Source of the DNA: Tubiluchus corallicola
Taxonomy: Eukaryota; Animalia; Priapulida
DNA length: 64,000 nucleotides
Assembly (NCBI GenBank): GCA_030141605.1
Contig: JAQGDQ010000220.1
Coordinates: 305,840-369,839 of the forward strand
Direction: 5' to 3'
Part shown: positions 37,801-50,165 of the stretch, in pieces
Layout: the number at the start of each line of letters is the position of its first letter
Position numbering within the stretch: position 1 is the first letter of the stretch
Position numbers and translations under genes: made by a program
Notes under the pieces: generated by a model
Database searches by the model: none
The model's input: only the letters and a program-made list of their open reading frames with translations
What the model was told of the DNA's origin: nothing

Positions 37801-40504
37801 GAGAATTCTTGACAAGAGGTGATTCTTACTGCTGAAGGCTCTGTTGTTTCTCCCGACGCTAATTTAAAAATAATTTGGTCAGTACGTGAATTTGAAGCAC
37901 TGTCACTCATGCAGTACCAACCCTGTTGTGCAAGTAGTGTTTATTTTTCACTCAGCATGTGTCGTGCTTAAAAACTGTGTACCATATTCTTGAATGTAAT
38001 AGTGTATGTGTTTATAAATGTAGAATTAGATGATGATCATCATTCATGCTTCCAGCTATTCTATTTAATTCATAGTTTTTTCGGTTCTTTTACTTTATAG
38101 AAAATTTAAATAATTTAATTAGATGTTTGTTTCATTGTACACAATATTAAAACAATGGTAAAAGTTTTCTGAAGCAGCACCATTCTTAGCTCCGAGCCGC
38201 CGCTGGTACTGAATATGTTTTCAATTACAGTATAGTTAGTTGATCTACATTTAGTCAAAGTGTATAAGCATTTTTAGTACGGATGTGATTTTTAATTTCG
38301 ACTAAATTGTCATTATGTTTTGTTTGAAAACATTTTTAAAATGCTTTTTAATTCTCCGTGCCATGCCATGGTAATCAGACAAAATCATTTTTAACAAAGA
38401 CTAAGCACAAGGCTTAACACAAAAAAAATATATGAAAACTACCTTTGCCTCTGTGTTTGGCACTAAATGTCCCACTGATCCGTGCATTGTCTGTTCGTCT
38501 GGAACAACCATGGCTCCCGGACTGAGTTCTGTGAGACCGTAACCTTGCTGGATGGAATCGAGTGTTGGAATCCTTTGGTGTAGCATTTCACTAACTTGAC
38601 TACCTAATAAATATTTTGTGCTTTTAAAAATAAGTCCTGATTACCGGACATTGCGAATGTTACGCTGTAGGAGATACATATTACTGAAAGCTCTCATTAC
38701 TGTGTATTAATGCTTACTATGTATTAATCAGCTGGTTTTCACTTTGCGTGTTTCTCCTTTGACCAAGATCAGTTGGGATGCACTGGCTTACAAGTGCTTT
38801 TTCTATTATCAAATTACAAGGATCAAATAGACCGCGGTCCATTACTACATCTTCTGAATTAGCATCTCATCTTACAGTATTATCTTTGGTAGTAAGATAA
38901 TATCCGCAATTATCAATACTATATAATAGGCCTTGATGCTGAATCAGCAGTTCTTGGTTTCATTACAGGTGGATATAGATCAGAGATGTCAGCAAATCTC
39001 TTGCAGCAATTCTCAGATTGAATTCCAAGTCAATGGCATCAAGTCTCATGTCAAGTTGCAAGTCTTTAACATCAAGTCTGAAATCGAGTTTCAAGTCTTT
39101 ACTGCTCAGCAAGTCTGAAGCCAAATCCCAAGTTTTCAATTCAAGTCCCACGTCAAATCTCAAATCTAATATTGCCATAAGAATTCTGAGTTTGTAACTT
39201 AAATCTAGGAACAGAACAAATTGAATAACTACTGGTTCAATTTCAGATTTTCTAATTTGCAGCTAAAACTAAAACTGTTTGATGCAGTAAACCATCAACG
39301 ACTTGAATCAAATCACTTGGTTGAGTTTCAAGTCAAGTCCAAGTCTTTCAATTTTGTAACTCGAGTCCAAAAGTCACCGACCCTGATACTCTTGCAATAG
39401 GCATGCTATAAAAAATGACTAAAGAAATAAAAAATATGGAGGGTAAAAAGAAAGGCTTATTTGAAATGCCTCCCATGAAGAAGACTAACAAAAAATGGAG
39501 TATCACATCCAGCCCATTACCAGATACTGCACAACTAAGTTAAATTACATGTATAAATGGATACCTAATGGAGCTGCTCCAGAATACATTGCTTTTAAGG
39601 ATGAAAGGTCGTACTTGTCCACTAAGGGATGCTTCAGCAAAAACTGCACAATAGGTGGCACCACATGTGCATGAGTGATTCTGTATTTCTGTATTGTTTC
39701 AAGGAAAGTCTCTGGTTGAAACTGCGGCAACATGTACATACTGGCTCCGGAATAAATTGTGCACAACTGTACAAAAGCTCCAAATATGTGGAACATTGGA
39801 AGCAACCCCATGTAGCGATTCTCACTTCTGAAGTTCCACACACTGGGAGAGGTAATTTGGCATATATTTGCGATGAGGTTATGATGAGTAAGCATTACTC
39901 CTTTTGGAAGTCCAGTCGTGCCCGAGGAATATGGAAGTATGGCCACATCATTCACCGGATCTAATTCTTCATCAAGTTGCACTTCAGCTTCACTGTCGGC
40001 CATTAAAGTCTGAAATGGCCTGCACTCCTGGACGTCATCAAAACAGTAGACCTTCCCCTTCAGACCGGATATTTCTTCTGCTACTTCTGCAACATGATTG
40101 TGTGCACCTTTGGCTGTAATGATGTATTTTGCATTTGAGTCTATCAGCTGTTTCATTATTTCTTCTGGTTTGTAGGCTGGATTGACAGTAGTGACTACCC
40201 CGCCAATGGCAGGAGCTGCCAAAAGTGGAATAACATATTCTGCACAGTTTGTGCTACAGATTGCTAGGGTGTCACCTCTTTTGAAACCCGACAACTTTAA
40301 GCCATGTGCAAATTTTTTAACCATAGAGTTTAGCTCGGAGTAGTTATACGTTTTTCCGGTCAACGCGTCGACTAAAGCTGTCAAATTACCATGTTTTTTG
40401 CAGTTTTGGAGAACAAATTTTGGCATAGATATGTTGTATGGTATCTCAACGTCCTGGTGTAGGCTGTACAGTATTCCTTTTTCGTTCATTGTGTACGAAG
40501 ACAT
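34848..40504 (-). CDS. 4-coumarate-CoA ligase-like / luciferase-like acyl-CoA synthetase (ANL superfamily), ~540 aa, 4 coding exons
   Basis: Exons 40504-39565, 38603-38443, 36478-36306, 35196-34848 join in phase. Motifs YSSGTTGLPKGVMLTH, PMFHIFG, SGAAPLG, QGYGLTE, GEILIRGPQVMKGY, HTGD, VDRVKELIK, KSASGKILRR. Confidence 0.93.
35470..35880. mobile_element. Tc1/pogo-like MITE (degenerate)
   Basis: CAGCAGGCGC..TTAATAGACTCA / TGAGTCTAATAAATGGCGTTTACAG-TA imperfect TIRs. Confidence 0.5.
38960..39390 (-). mobile_element. hAT-like MITE remnant with (TCAAGTC)-type subterminal repeats
   Basis: Repeated CAAGTC/TCAAGT motifs ending ...CACCGACCCTG (CAG terminus). Confidence 0.5.
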
Positions 40505-40859
40505 CTGAAAAAAGTTGCATCAAACATGTTGAAAACACAGCCACAAACACGTTAACTTTTTCTTTTTATGAGATTAAGCTGTTTCAATTAATTTTTCTAT
40601 GCAAATGAAAATAGTTACTGTAAATGTTAAATTCTTACCTCATGCCATAATCTCCATTTTTGCCATTGTCTGTTGAAATATACTTGCTTCAGACTGTGTG
40701 GCTTGGAGAGCCCTGAACTCAGGAGCACAGAAAAAGCTGATCTCATTGTAGCAATCTCAGGTAACACCACGGTATGTGAATAAATCCTTTGGGTTGCTGT
40801 AACACAACCAATATGCCAAAAGTGCTCCTTCAATTAATTAAAGTTGATGTTTCACTATG

Positions 40860-41262
40860 TTAATACTTTGCGTACAAAGTTATATTACTTAACATTATGC
40901 TTAAATGTGTCTGAAAAGCTTTGTAATTACAAATGAAAATCTTAATAATTTAAAATGTTTGCACGAAGTATCAAAACGGCACTGCATTGCCATCCTAGTG
41001 TGCTTACCAAAAAATACATTATTGATCTTATAGACAAGGTACACCAATTGTTAGTTAGCGAACTTTATGTAATAATATCTAGACTTGTTTCAAATGACTT
41101 ACTGTTAAAATGGCTGTGCCTAACTGTCATCACTGGAGTTTAAATTTACAAGTTTTATACAGCATTACTGCTAATAGCTCTGTATGCAATAAGACTGTAT
41201 TTAAGTGATATAAAACTTTAGGACGAATTTTTTAAGTATTTATGAAGAGTACTTTATTGTGC
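40860..41262 (-). mobile_element. MITE family D copy
   Basis: Ends TTGTGCT-TTAA; collinear with the other family D copies. Confidence 0.65.
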
Positions 41263-41898
41263 TTTAATAACATTAGTGATTTGATGTCACCTCATGATGA
41301 AAGCTTGTATTTTGTGCAGCTGTGATTCAAAAACGAATCTGTTCGATCTATTGTCCCATTTGTTAATATATATGTGAGGATAAGCTGCTCCCACATTATT
41401 TTCCCATGTTAGCTAAATGAAATGTTTTTGTGATTGGTGTCTATGAATAAATTTGCCTTGCCGTAATTAGCTTGCATTTGTCCGTCGTTCAATACTGCAA
41501 ATCTGCTTACCTTGCCAACCGCTACTGTACAGACAGTATGCATGTGAATTAGCCCTTACAAGTTTACGTAAGTTTTTTTCATATCTGTATAATATAAAAC
41601 TGATTTATAATAATTACTCTAACTTATAGTTTGACCATAAAGTTATTTGCAAAGTCAGGATGTGTACTAGTTGCGCGCAAGAGACTAGCGTGCACAAGTC
41701 ACATTTACAGTTACTGCATATTTAAAACAACCTTTATTTCTCTAATTAATATCGTAATTACCCCAATTCTAGGCTGATATCATCCAAAACTAAACTGTCG
41801 CAGCACCACTATTATTAAAGTAAACAGTAAACATTTCTTAGTGCTATTAAACCGCTGAGGTTTACTATACACACATTGCAGTGGGCCTACTGTACTTT

Positions 41899-41909
41899 AC
41901 GCATGCGCA
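41899..41909. promoter_or_regulatory. NRF1/Ewg-like motif in a putative bidirectional promoter
   Basis: ACGCATGCGCA lies in a locally GC-richer segment between the divergent acyl-CoA synthetase and FAM219 genes. Confidence 0.3.
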
Positions 41910-44344
41910 CAGCTGGTTAATGCCGGCAGTAGCCGAAGTACAGTGAGTTTGTAAACAGCTGTAGACTACAGAGGTCGCTATTTGCCAGCTTACACAAGGG
42001 CCGGCTTGAATTTGGCCTTGGGGTGAGCCGCAAGAACTAAGAACTCTTTATCCAGCGATGTAAATTATCAGGTTGTTTGAGACTGCGTATTCTATGAGGT
42101 CTCTCCTGCGTTTTTCATGAAGAAGGTGAAGAATATCCCATTGAGCTCTTTGACGTAGCAGTTTAATGCTTAATGTACGTGTGATTTAGATGCTGCTATA
42201 TTACTCATTGCTATGCTGCGTTATGCAAATTAGTCCAGAATGCGAAGCACTGGGTTACTCGTTTATTGAGCTTTTTCTGTCCAGCTGCCTGGGTGTATCA
42301 TTTAAAACGCCATTTAATGTTGTCATGGTTCTTTTATTTGTGAAGATGTCATTTAGAATGCCATTTATCGTTGCCATGGATCTGTTTTTTGTAAAAAGTA
42401 GAATATGAAGTTACTTGATTGTGATGTCACATGATAAAAAACTTATTACATGAACAGCGAGAATTAGAAGCATATCTTGGCAAAATAGACGAGTTTATAG
42501 ATTTGCTTCACAAGCGTTGAGTTTCCCAAAAATTCACACTGTAGGGCAGGAAATATTAGAGCACACCCCTTTTGCTAGTTTCTTTGTACTGTAGTGCCTT
42601 CTCTTTATTTCCTTCTCTTTCTCCGTCATTCGCTTATTATTACAATACCGTTGTTGTTATTAGCAGTAGTTACCTTTAGTAGCTGTTATTATTACTAGTT
42701 CACTGTTTGGTGTAATTAGTCTGTGGGAAAAAATACTCTCACACAGATTCATTTTACAGTACACTTTTTTGTGGTATTAAGTTAGTCTGTGTTGCACTGC
42801 GCAGCCTAGGTCTTGAATACAGGAAACAAAGGACTGTGGAATCTGGCTGCCAACTTTGTACGTGCATTAATGGCTCAGGGAAACGAACACGGCACGACTT
42901 TTGCGACGAACACAATGATACGCACACTGGATGCAGACTGCAAATGGAATACAACGCAATTGTACCTGGCGTTGCCGGAAATCATAGCAAAATACCAAGA
43001 AGAGTTCAATGGCAAGCCAGATGATGAAGAAACGTCCAGCTCCAAGTCTGAGCCAGTGTTGTTCCGATTGTTTTTTCGGGTTCAGAACATTGCTTGTATG
43101 AGCCCGCTGAAGAAGATTCTGATTGAAAAGCAAAACATTGTTACTGTCATTTCAATTAAATTGAAAATAAACTTCATATTGGAATGAAAAAAGTCTATGA
43201 AATTAGTCTGTGTGGAAAATTAGTCTAGTATTAGCAGTAGTCCTACTTGTAATGTCTCTCACCCTATCTCTGTCTCACACACTCAGTTTTTCTCTGCCTT
43301 GACTCTCTTTCCTTGACTCCTGCAATTTTACTTTCTTATGTTTCTTACTGAAGCTGTAATAACAGATCTTTGCAATTTGGCCCTTATATACTAATAGCTG
43401 TGAAAAACCCAAGGCTTGTGTCTCACAGTCATATAGCAAAACAAAGAGTTGTTTACTCACAAAAATGAGATTTTCGTGGGTTGACCAGTTAGCAAAAGAT
43501 CATGGCTTCCTCTGACAGGGGAAAATGTGGCTTCATTTGATTAATCAATTAATTTTGTGATTACACAAAATTGTGTAGCACTTGTCCAGTACATGTTCCC
43601 ACAAAAGGCTTTCTTGTGTACATGTTCCCAAAAAAGGCTTTTATTTAGGTGAAATAGTGACAGCTGACTAATGGTCAAGTTTATCTTGTGTCCACTTATG
43701 ATTGGCATTTTCTTGTCTTGGGCATAAATCTATGTACTCATCGTGCTCTATATGCTGGCATAAAATATTTTCTTTTGTTCAAATTTTGCATTAGAGCTTT
43801 AATTTTTGTTTTTATCTGACCTCTGACCTTTCATAATTGGTTACAGAATGTAAGAAAATTCATATTTTTCAAAATTGGTTTCTGTCCAGGCTGTTCAGCA
43901 ACTTTATTTGTGCTCAAATTTTGCATTAAACTTCTGCTGGTCTCTGGTCTAAATGTAACTTAGTGGCATTGCTAATAAGGGAGCAAGGGGAGCAATCTCT
44001 GCTCCAAGTACATTTTTCAAAATTGGTGCCTTTTTAACAGTGCCAAAGCTCATTCATTGTGTTTGCATTTTACGTTTAAAATCTAAATAATAAAATCTAA
44101 ATCTCTTTATTATGTTTTGAGATTGATGAGCTTATTGTAAAACTTTCTTGCGCTTTAATTTTAACTACGAAATAACAATTATGCACTTTAAAACTGTATA
44201 TTCCTTATGTTTTGTTTTTAAACACAAAATGGTTTTGGTATGTGCTTGTTCCCCCTAACTTTAAAACCTGGCTATGCCCTGGAAATAGCTCATCATTTTT
44301 CAGACTGGAGCAGCTAATAGAGACTGGTTTTTATTTGTTTTCAG

Positions 44345-47300
44345 AAAAAAAGAAAAGAGAGGGAAGAGTGCCTCATGCCGGTGTGATTCGTGATACTCAA
44401 CCAAAACCAGGTGGACTTATTCTTCCCAGAAACAGGTCTGAGTCTTCCGCTGTTCTTCACGTACATTAAACTGCAAAAGGCTCTGCAGTCGAGTAGCTCC
44501 CGTTTTCTGTAACGGAAGCAGAGCACTTTCATTACCAGTGACAACTTTTTACGATTTAAGACAACTTAAATCGGAAGGAGTTTACAACTCCCACACAATT
44601 TAAATACCCTAATCCTAACCATAACTCTAACACTAATCCAACCCTAACCCTGACTGAACTCTAACCTTAGTCCTTATCCTAACCTTAACCCTAGTCCTAA
44701 CTAACGCTAATCAGTTTCACAAGCTAATTTTTTATGTGTGGGGAATTGTAAAATTTAGCCCTTAAATCATTTAACATTGGCCCTGCTGTAATGAAAGTTT
44801 TTATCGTGTAGTAATTAAGAACAACATGCCGTTACTGTTTGTTAGGCGCTAGCATGCAGGGAGATCGCAATTCTGTTGATCAGGTTGTTAAATCCACTTT
44901 AAAAAATAGGAATTGAACAGCAACCTATAACACATTTGTATAAAACTAGGCCTGCAAAGGGAGCGCAGGTTATCATTAATGATGAATGTCATCCTGGTAA
45001 TAAATTTTTTGAAATGCTTCCCACTGTCTGCAGACAGTGTTCACTTAATGCTAAAACCACAAGGACTTTAAATTCTTTCTATCCTGTTGCTGTTCGAACT
45101 ATTAACAGTAAATTTCAGTAAATTTGCGATATTCTCTATATCACTGTTTATAGCTTATTAGCACTCACGTAACAATTGATTATTTAACGACGACTGTTGT
45201 TTTCTTTTGTTGTAGTACGTAAACCTGCACAAATTTCATTATATTATAATGCAATGGCAATAAATTGCTTATTTACTTGCTTCGAAGTGCAGTTGAAACA
45301 AGTTAAAATAAATATTTAAAGTCCAGGAAAGTGTTCGGACAGGCTCCATGTATTGGGTATGATCCTGCACCATATTGTGCCAAGGATTCGGGTTTCAAAA
45401 TGTTCATCATCATCACATGCCCGTTACGTCTATTGTAGAATAAGTATTTTCACCATTCCTGCTATTGATAATGATCGTGAAAAGGTCAAAGGTTAAGTGT
45501 ACCTAGTTAGAACCTTGCCTAGTTAATTTTTCTTGTTCCCAAGAAAGATTTGCTAGTAAATCGCTCTATGCATAATAAAGTCAAATCCATGTAAAGCAAC
45601 TGAAATCACTGAATTGACGTGGTACACACCTTTGCTTTACCCACGCATCACGTGACGGTTGTAGTTAAGATGCATTACTTTGGTACACTTAACCTTTGAC
45701 TTACAGCAACTGTGAAACTGTTAAAAGGCTTATTGCAAAATTAAAGAACGGAAGTGGTGCTGATAAACGACTGGGCACTGGCACAGTAGTGCCTAGTTTT
45801 TTTGCTGGATTACTGTCGTATTTACCTGCCTCGAGTCAGATTTCCGTTGGTGCTACAACTTTTTCGTTGTGGTCAATTATCTAGCTGACTTGCGAATGCG
45901 TCTTTGTTTTCTTTTATTAATTATGGACAGGGAGTTTGAGATCAATGTGTATTTTTCCTTTACTTAAAAGAAGGAAAAAGCAAATTTTATTTGAAATATT
46001 TTGTGTGTGAGAAGGGTTAGGATACCAAACTCGTAATTTACAGCTTGGAATGCTAAGTGAATGAAAAAGTTTAACCGGTCAACTTGCGCAGTATGTAAAA
46101 TTTTACAGTTTTAAATAGTAACCCGCTTGTTCACACACGCAGTTGCTCTAGATCAAATGTTAAGTGTGCCACAGCAATGCGTCTTAATTACAACCGTCAT
46201 GTGATGCGTGGGTAAAGCAAGGCCGTCTGCCACTTCAGTTCATTGACTTCAGTCGTTTTACATGGACTTTACTTAATTAAGCATTAATTTGTGAGTAGAG
46301 TGACTTACTAGCAGGATTTTGCTTTGGAACAAGAAAAAAGGAACTAGGTAAGGTACTAGCTAGCCGTTAAAACATGTTAAAAGTGTTACAACAGCATGAG
46401 CTGCAAGGTATATGTTGTCTGGTATACTTAACCTTTGACCTTTTTATGATCATCATCAATCGCTGGAACTGTGAAAAGGTTTATTGATAACTATCTCGTA
46501 GTATTCCTAAAAAGTTTTCTGTAATTAGGTCATTTTTAAGTATCAGTGAAATTATAGCCATGAAGCTCATGATTGAAGGATATTTTATTATTTTCGCAGG
46601 TTGTCAGTTCCAGGCAAGGGTACGTCAACAGACATTCGCCCAGACGAACAGCCATTGGTCACATGGCAGTCTGAAAGGTAGCCATTTTTAGTCTGTTCTG
46701 TCAACTTCTGGGTATCCTATTGCAGTGACATTTGTCCCGAATGTTGACTATTGACCCATATAGACTTGAGTATCTCCTAGCTGTTGATCACTGTTACGTA
46801 CAATGCTGAATGTTTGTCTGAAAACAGACTGAGTTGTCTGAATGTTTGAAGACAAGTCAAGTTCGCCCAAGACTGTATTAAAGGAAAAGCTAAGCCTTTT
46901 AGCAGGTTAGGCTTATTTCAGTGTTCTTGAAAAATGTCAGAAGGATTTAGTAGTAAAACTGCAATAAACGCCTCGGTTAAGTAGTAAAATCACTTTAAAA
47001 TCGCGATCACTTCATGCTTTGGTGCTCTCATTTTCAATGCTCATTCTTCTTCCAACGGCGTCATTCGTCCTGAAGAAAAGTAGCATACTGTCAACCTTCG
47101 TCAAAAGTTTTTACAAAAAATGAGATAGGTAATTTGTAATATTTTTGCAAAATATTACAAATTTTGCTTACGGAAATCACGACAAAGTTAAGAAAAGTCA
47201 CGAAGTCTCCCATTTACGTCGTGATTTTTAAGTGAATGGCGGCAACCATCATGCCAGAAAAGTTCTATTCAGAGGTAGTATATTTTAAACTTATGCTTTA

Positions 47301-47969
47301 TAGGCAGCTTGTTGCTAATCTCTTTAGTATGTTTTTCTAAATAAACCTAACATGCTGAGTGACTTGTTCTTTCATTTAAGCAATGTAAATACATATTTAT
47401 CGGACCCATTCGAAGAATGGAGCCAAAGTGGTCAGCCTGTTATCATTTTTGGTTGTGAATGCCGTCAAACATCAGATCACAGGTGTGGTTGCGGTTGTGC
47501 CATCTATCTTGTTGAATGTTCAGAAGGAAGCGGTTCAAGCTATCTATGATAGATTGTTGTTGGACATAGTCCAAAAATGTCGCCCAAGTGGTCACTCCAG
47601 TCGTGTATCGCCACTGTCATTGTTGTAGACACAAAAAATGTCAAACGATTCCCCAAGAATAGGTCAAAGCTATCTATGATAGATTTTTGGTATATAACTA
47701 GCCTAAGAGATAGTGAATCGACTGTTGACAAAATACTTGTAATCACTCACATAGCCATTCATCTACCGATTTATTTCAGCGAGGACGAGTTTGAACTGCC
47801 ACTAACATCCCGCGAGGCGCATGCAGAAATACGAGAGCAGCTACTCAAAGACGGTTACAACCTGGATAAGCTGTCCGATGATGAGGACTTAGACCTAATT
47901 CCTCCGAGGCCTTTGAAAGAACGTGGCATTTGGTGCTGTAATTGCTCTTCTCAATGTCCTATACAATAA
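44345..47969 (+). CDS. FAM219A: FAM219-family protein (first coding exon unresolved, possibly from ATG 42870)
   Basis: Exons 44345-44435, 46600-46677, 47780-47969 join in phase: EKKKRE...TQPKP...RNRLSVPGKG...PDEQPLV...SEDEF...QLLKDGYNLDKLSDDEDLDLIPP...WCC...CPIQ*, matching FAM219A/B hallmarks (QLLKDGYxLDxxxDDEDLDLIPP, terminal CxIQ). Probably co-orthologous to A and B. Confidence 0.88.
44573..44760. mobile_element. Merlin-like MITE carrying CCCTAA-like repeats
   Basis: 8-bp duplication CTTAAATC (44565-72 / 44761-68); GG...CC ends; imperfect TIR TTTACAACTCCCACACA / TGTGTGGGGAATTGTAAA; degenerate (CCTAAC)n core. Confidence 0.7.
44790..45270 (+). mobile_element. LINE 3' fragment (Rex1/Babar- or L2-like)
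   Basis: Translation DECHPGNKFFEMLP...KTTRTLNSFYPVAVRTIN resembles the ORF2 C-terminus of these clades; AATAAA near 45259. Confidence 0.6.
45438..45735 (-). mobile_element. MITE family A, copy 3
   Basis: Same orientation and body as 20935-21314. Confidence 0.7.
46095..46486 (+). mobile_element. MITE family A, copy 4
   Basis: Same orientation as 2824-3217; ends AACTGTGAAAAGGTTTATTG. Confidence 0.75.
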
Positions 47970-49790
47970 GTAGATACAATGTTTGGTTACCTGTATCACA
48001 CATTTTTATAGCTGTCTAGTTAAAACGGTTGTGCTTTCATTTAGCTGTTCACGCATACAAATAACGAATTAGTTTACTCGTTTATTCTCATGAAGAATGT
48101 AAGCGAACATCTTGCGCAGTTTAGAGAATAGATCTAGGCATTATGTGGTTATTTGGTAATTATGATTGCAAGAACAGTGGTGCACAAATACCCCAGCACT
48201 TTAACTCTGCTATCACTAGCACGATTTTATAGCATTCCAATTAAATTATCCCTGTTGTCCTGATCACACAAATGCATCAACGTGCACTGTGCAGTGATTT
48301 CTCGGTATTCGTGTTGTGCACTTTCTCATGGACAACATAAATTAAAACTTGTTTGAAATTGCACGGCACCAAAAATCGATGATGTTTCTACATGTTAACA
48401 AGTTCTTTGGCAAGTGCAAAAACCTGTAGAAAAAGCACAAGCTATTATGAAATGGTAAAGTAATTATGAGATATTACTTCATCATCAGTTTATTTCAGAA
48501 AATGCAAGCTTTAATGGTACATTAATGAGTGTAAACTTTTACGAGTGCAGGTTAAGCATTGCTGTTTCATTTCTTCCTGTTTTTAGTGTCATGAATGAGT
48601 GGGTATCATTAATTCTGTGATGTAAGAACTTCTTTTGCCTTAAACTCGACCATCTGGGGTTGTGATTACGATCTTTAGTCTGGAGCTCCTCAAGGAATGA
48701 ATATTATTATTCGCTGTAATATCCTGTTATATTTACCTTTGTTGTTAATTAAATTAAAAATTAACTGTAAATCTAGTCATGTAAATTTTGTAGTAAAGGC
48801 GATAAACTTCATTTTAGTTAGAATGCAAATTAACATTTTTAGTTTTGTGATAATCATTACAGACCAAAGTAAAAAGTTATTTTTACCCATAAGTTTATTT
48901 ATTTACAAATGTGGGGTAAATATGATAGACGTAAAAATGAACTAGCATCTTCTTCACAGTTATAAAATTTTAGCAATCACTTTGCTGCGCGCTGTTATGC
49001 TACCAGTTTATTTACATGGCCTGGAGATGGAACCAAATGCTGTGCACTGTTACCATACCAGTTTACTTACATGGCATGCAGATAGAGCCAAAAACTAATA
49101 TACTATGTACATTAGAAAGTAAATTTTATGTGCCATAAAAACGACGAAACATTTTTACTAATTTTATTATTAATTAATAATCAACCAAAGATAGTTACAG
49201 TATTGTAAGCAACTTGGGTTAAGGTTAGGTTGCTCATATGTATTATTTTTATGATATTTATTGTAATTATTATATGAATAAGGAGACAAAGCTTTATTTT
49301 TATGTTTTCCAGTGTATATGGTGTGATATTGTATTTTGTACATATATTAAATATTTATATTTTTTTGCTTCCAGAGGTGAATGTCGTATTTCTTGTGCTG
49401 CAGCGAGTGAAATTCATTTTAATTGTTTTTATTTGGAGTAGCTGCAGCAAAATTGCAGATGGGCAGTTCAAAAAATATATGGTCAAGGGCGTCGGAAAAA
49501 TTTTGAAAAATAATCACGAAACTCTAATTGCTTGTATAATATTAGCTGTTTGGGTATCTGAATTTAGATAATAGCCTATCTTATCTGGACCTGCAATAAG
49601 TGCCCTTTCTTCTTCGCTGCTGTTAGCCTATTAAAAATCTTGTTGGTCATTTAGATATATTAGCTGGATTAGTTAAAGTCTTCCAGTTGTTTTATCTATA
49701 TGTTTCTCTGTTCTATTTTTTTGGTGTACAAATAAAAACAAGCTAGTGTGAAATGATTCTTATTTATGTAGTAATTTCGTCAGGTGTAAA

Positions 49791-50165
49791 CAGGGCTGGA
49801 TTACCCTATACGCTAGTATAGGCTGCAGCCTAGCCCCTCAAGCTTGGGGGCCCATGCTTGGCATTGCTGAACAATTCATATAACTTAACGTAAATATTCA
49901 ACTATAAAAAAAGATACCAGAAAGGCTGAAAATCCAATTTTAAAGTGGCTCCTCATTTGAGAAAAAGAAATCCTTGTTGCAGCCCTTTTACTTGAGACAA
50001 AGGGCCCTTGTTTGGGGTCCTTTATTTGAGATAAGTGCCCCTCTTTGAAGCCCTTTATTTGAAATATGGTGCCAATGAGTGCGAACAAATTAGAGGATAG
50101 CTTCATCAGAGGGGCTCCATAATTTTATTAGCCTAGGTGCCCCAAAAAGTCATAATCTGGCCCTG
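49791..50165 (+). mobile_element. hAT-type MITE
   Basis: TIR CAGGGCTGGATTA / TAATCTGGCCCTG; perfect 8-bp TSD GGTGTAAA (49783-90 / 50166-73). Confidence 0.85.

Noticed and set aside
34848-40504. Functional firefly-type luciferase
   Set aside because: Only general ANL motifs are present; luciferin-pocket residues appear substituted, and such homologues are common in non-luminous animals.
44608-44710. Chromosome-fusion or true telomere remnant
   Set aside because: Short, degenerate, single orientation, and bounded by TIRs and an 8-bp TSD.
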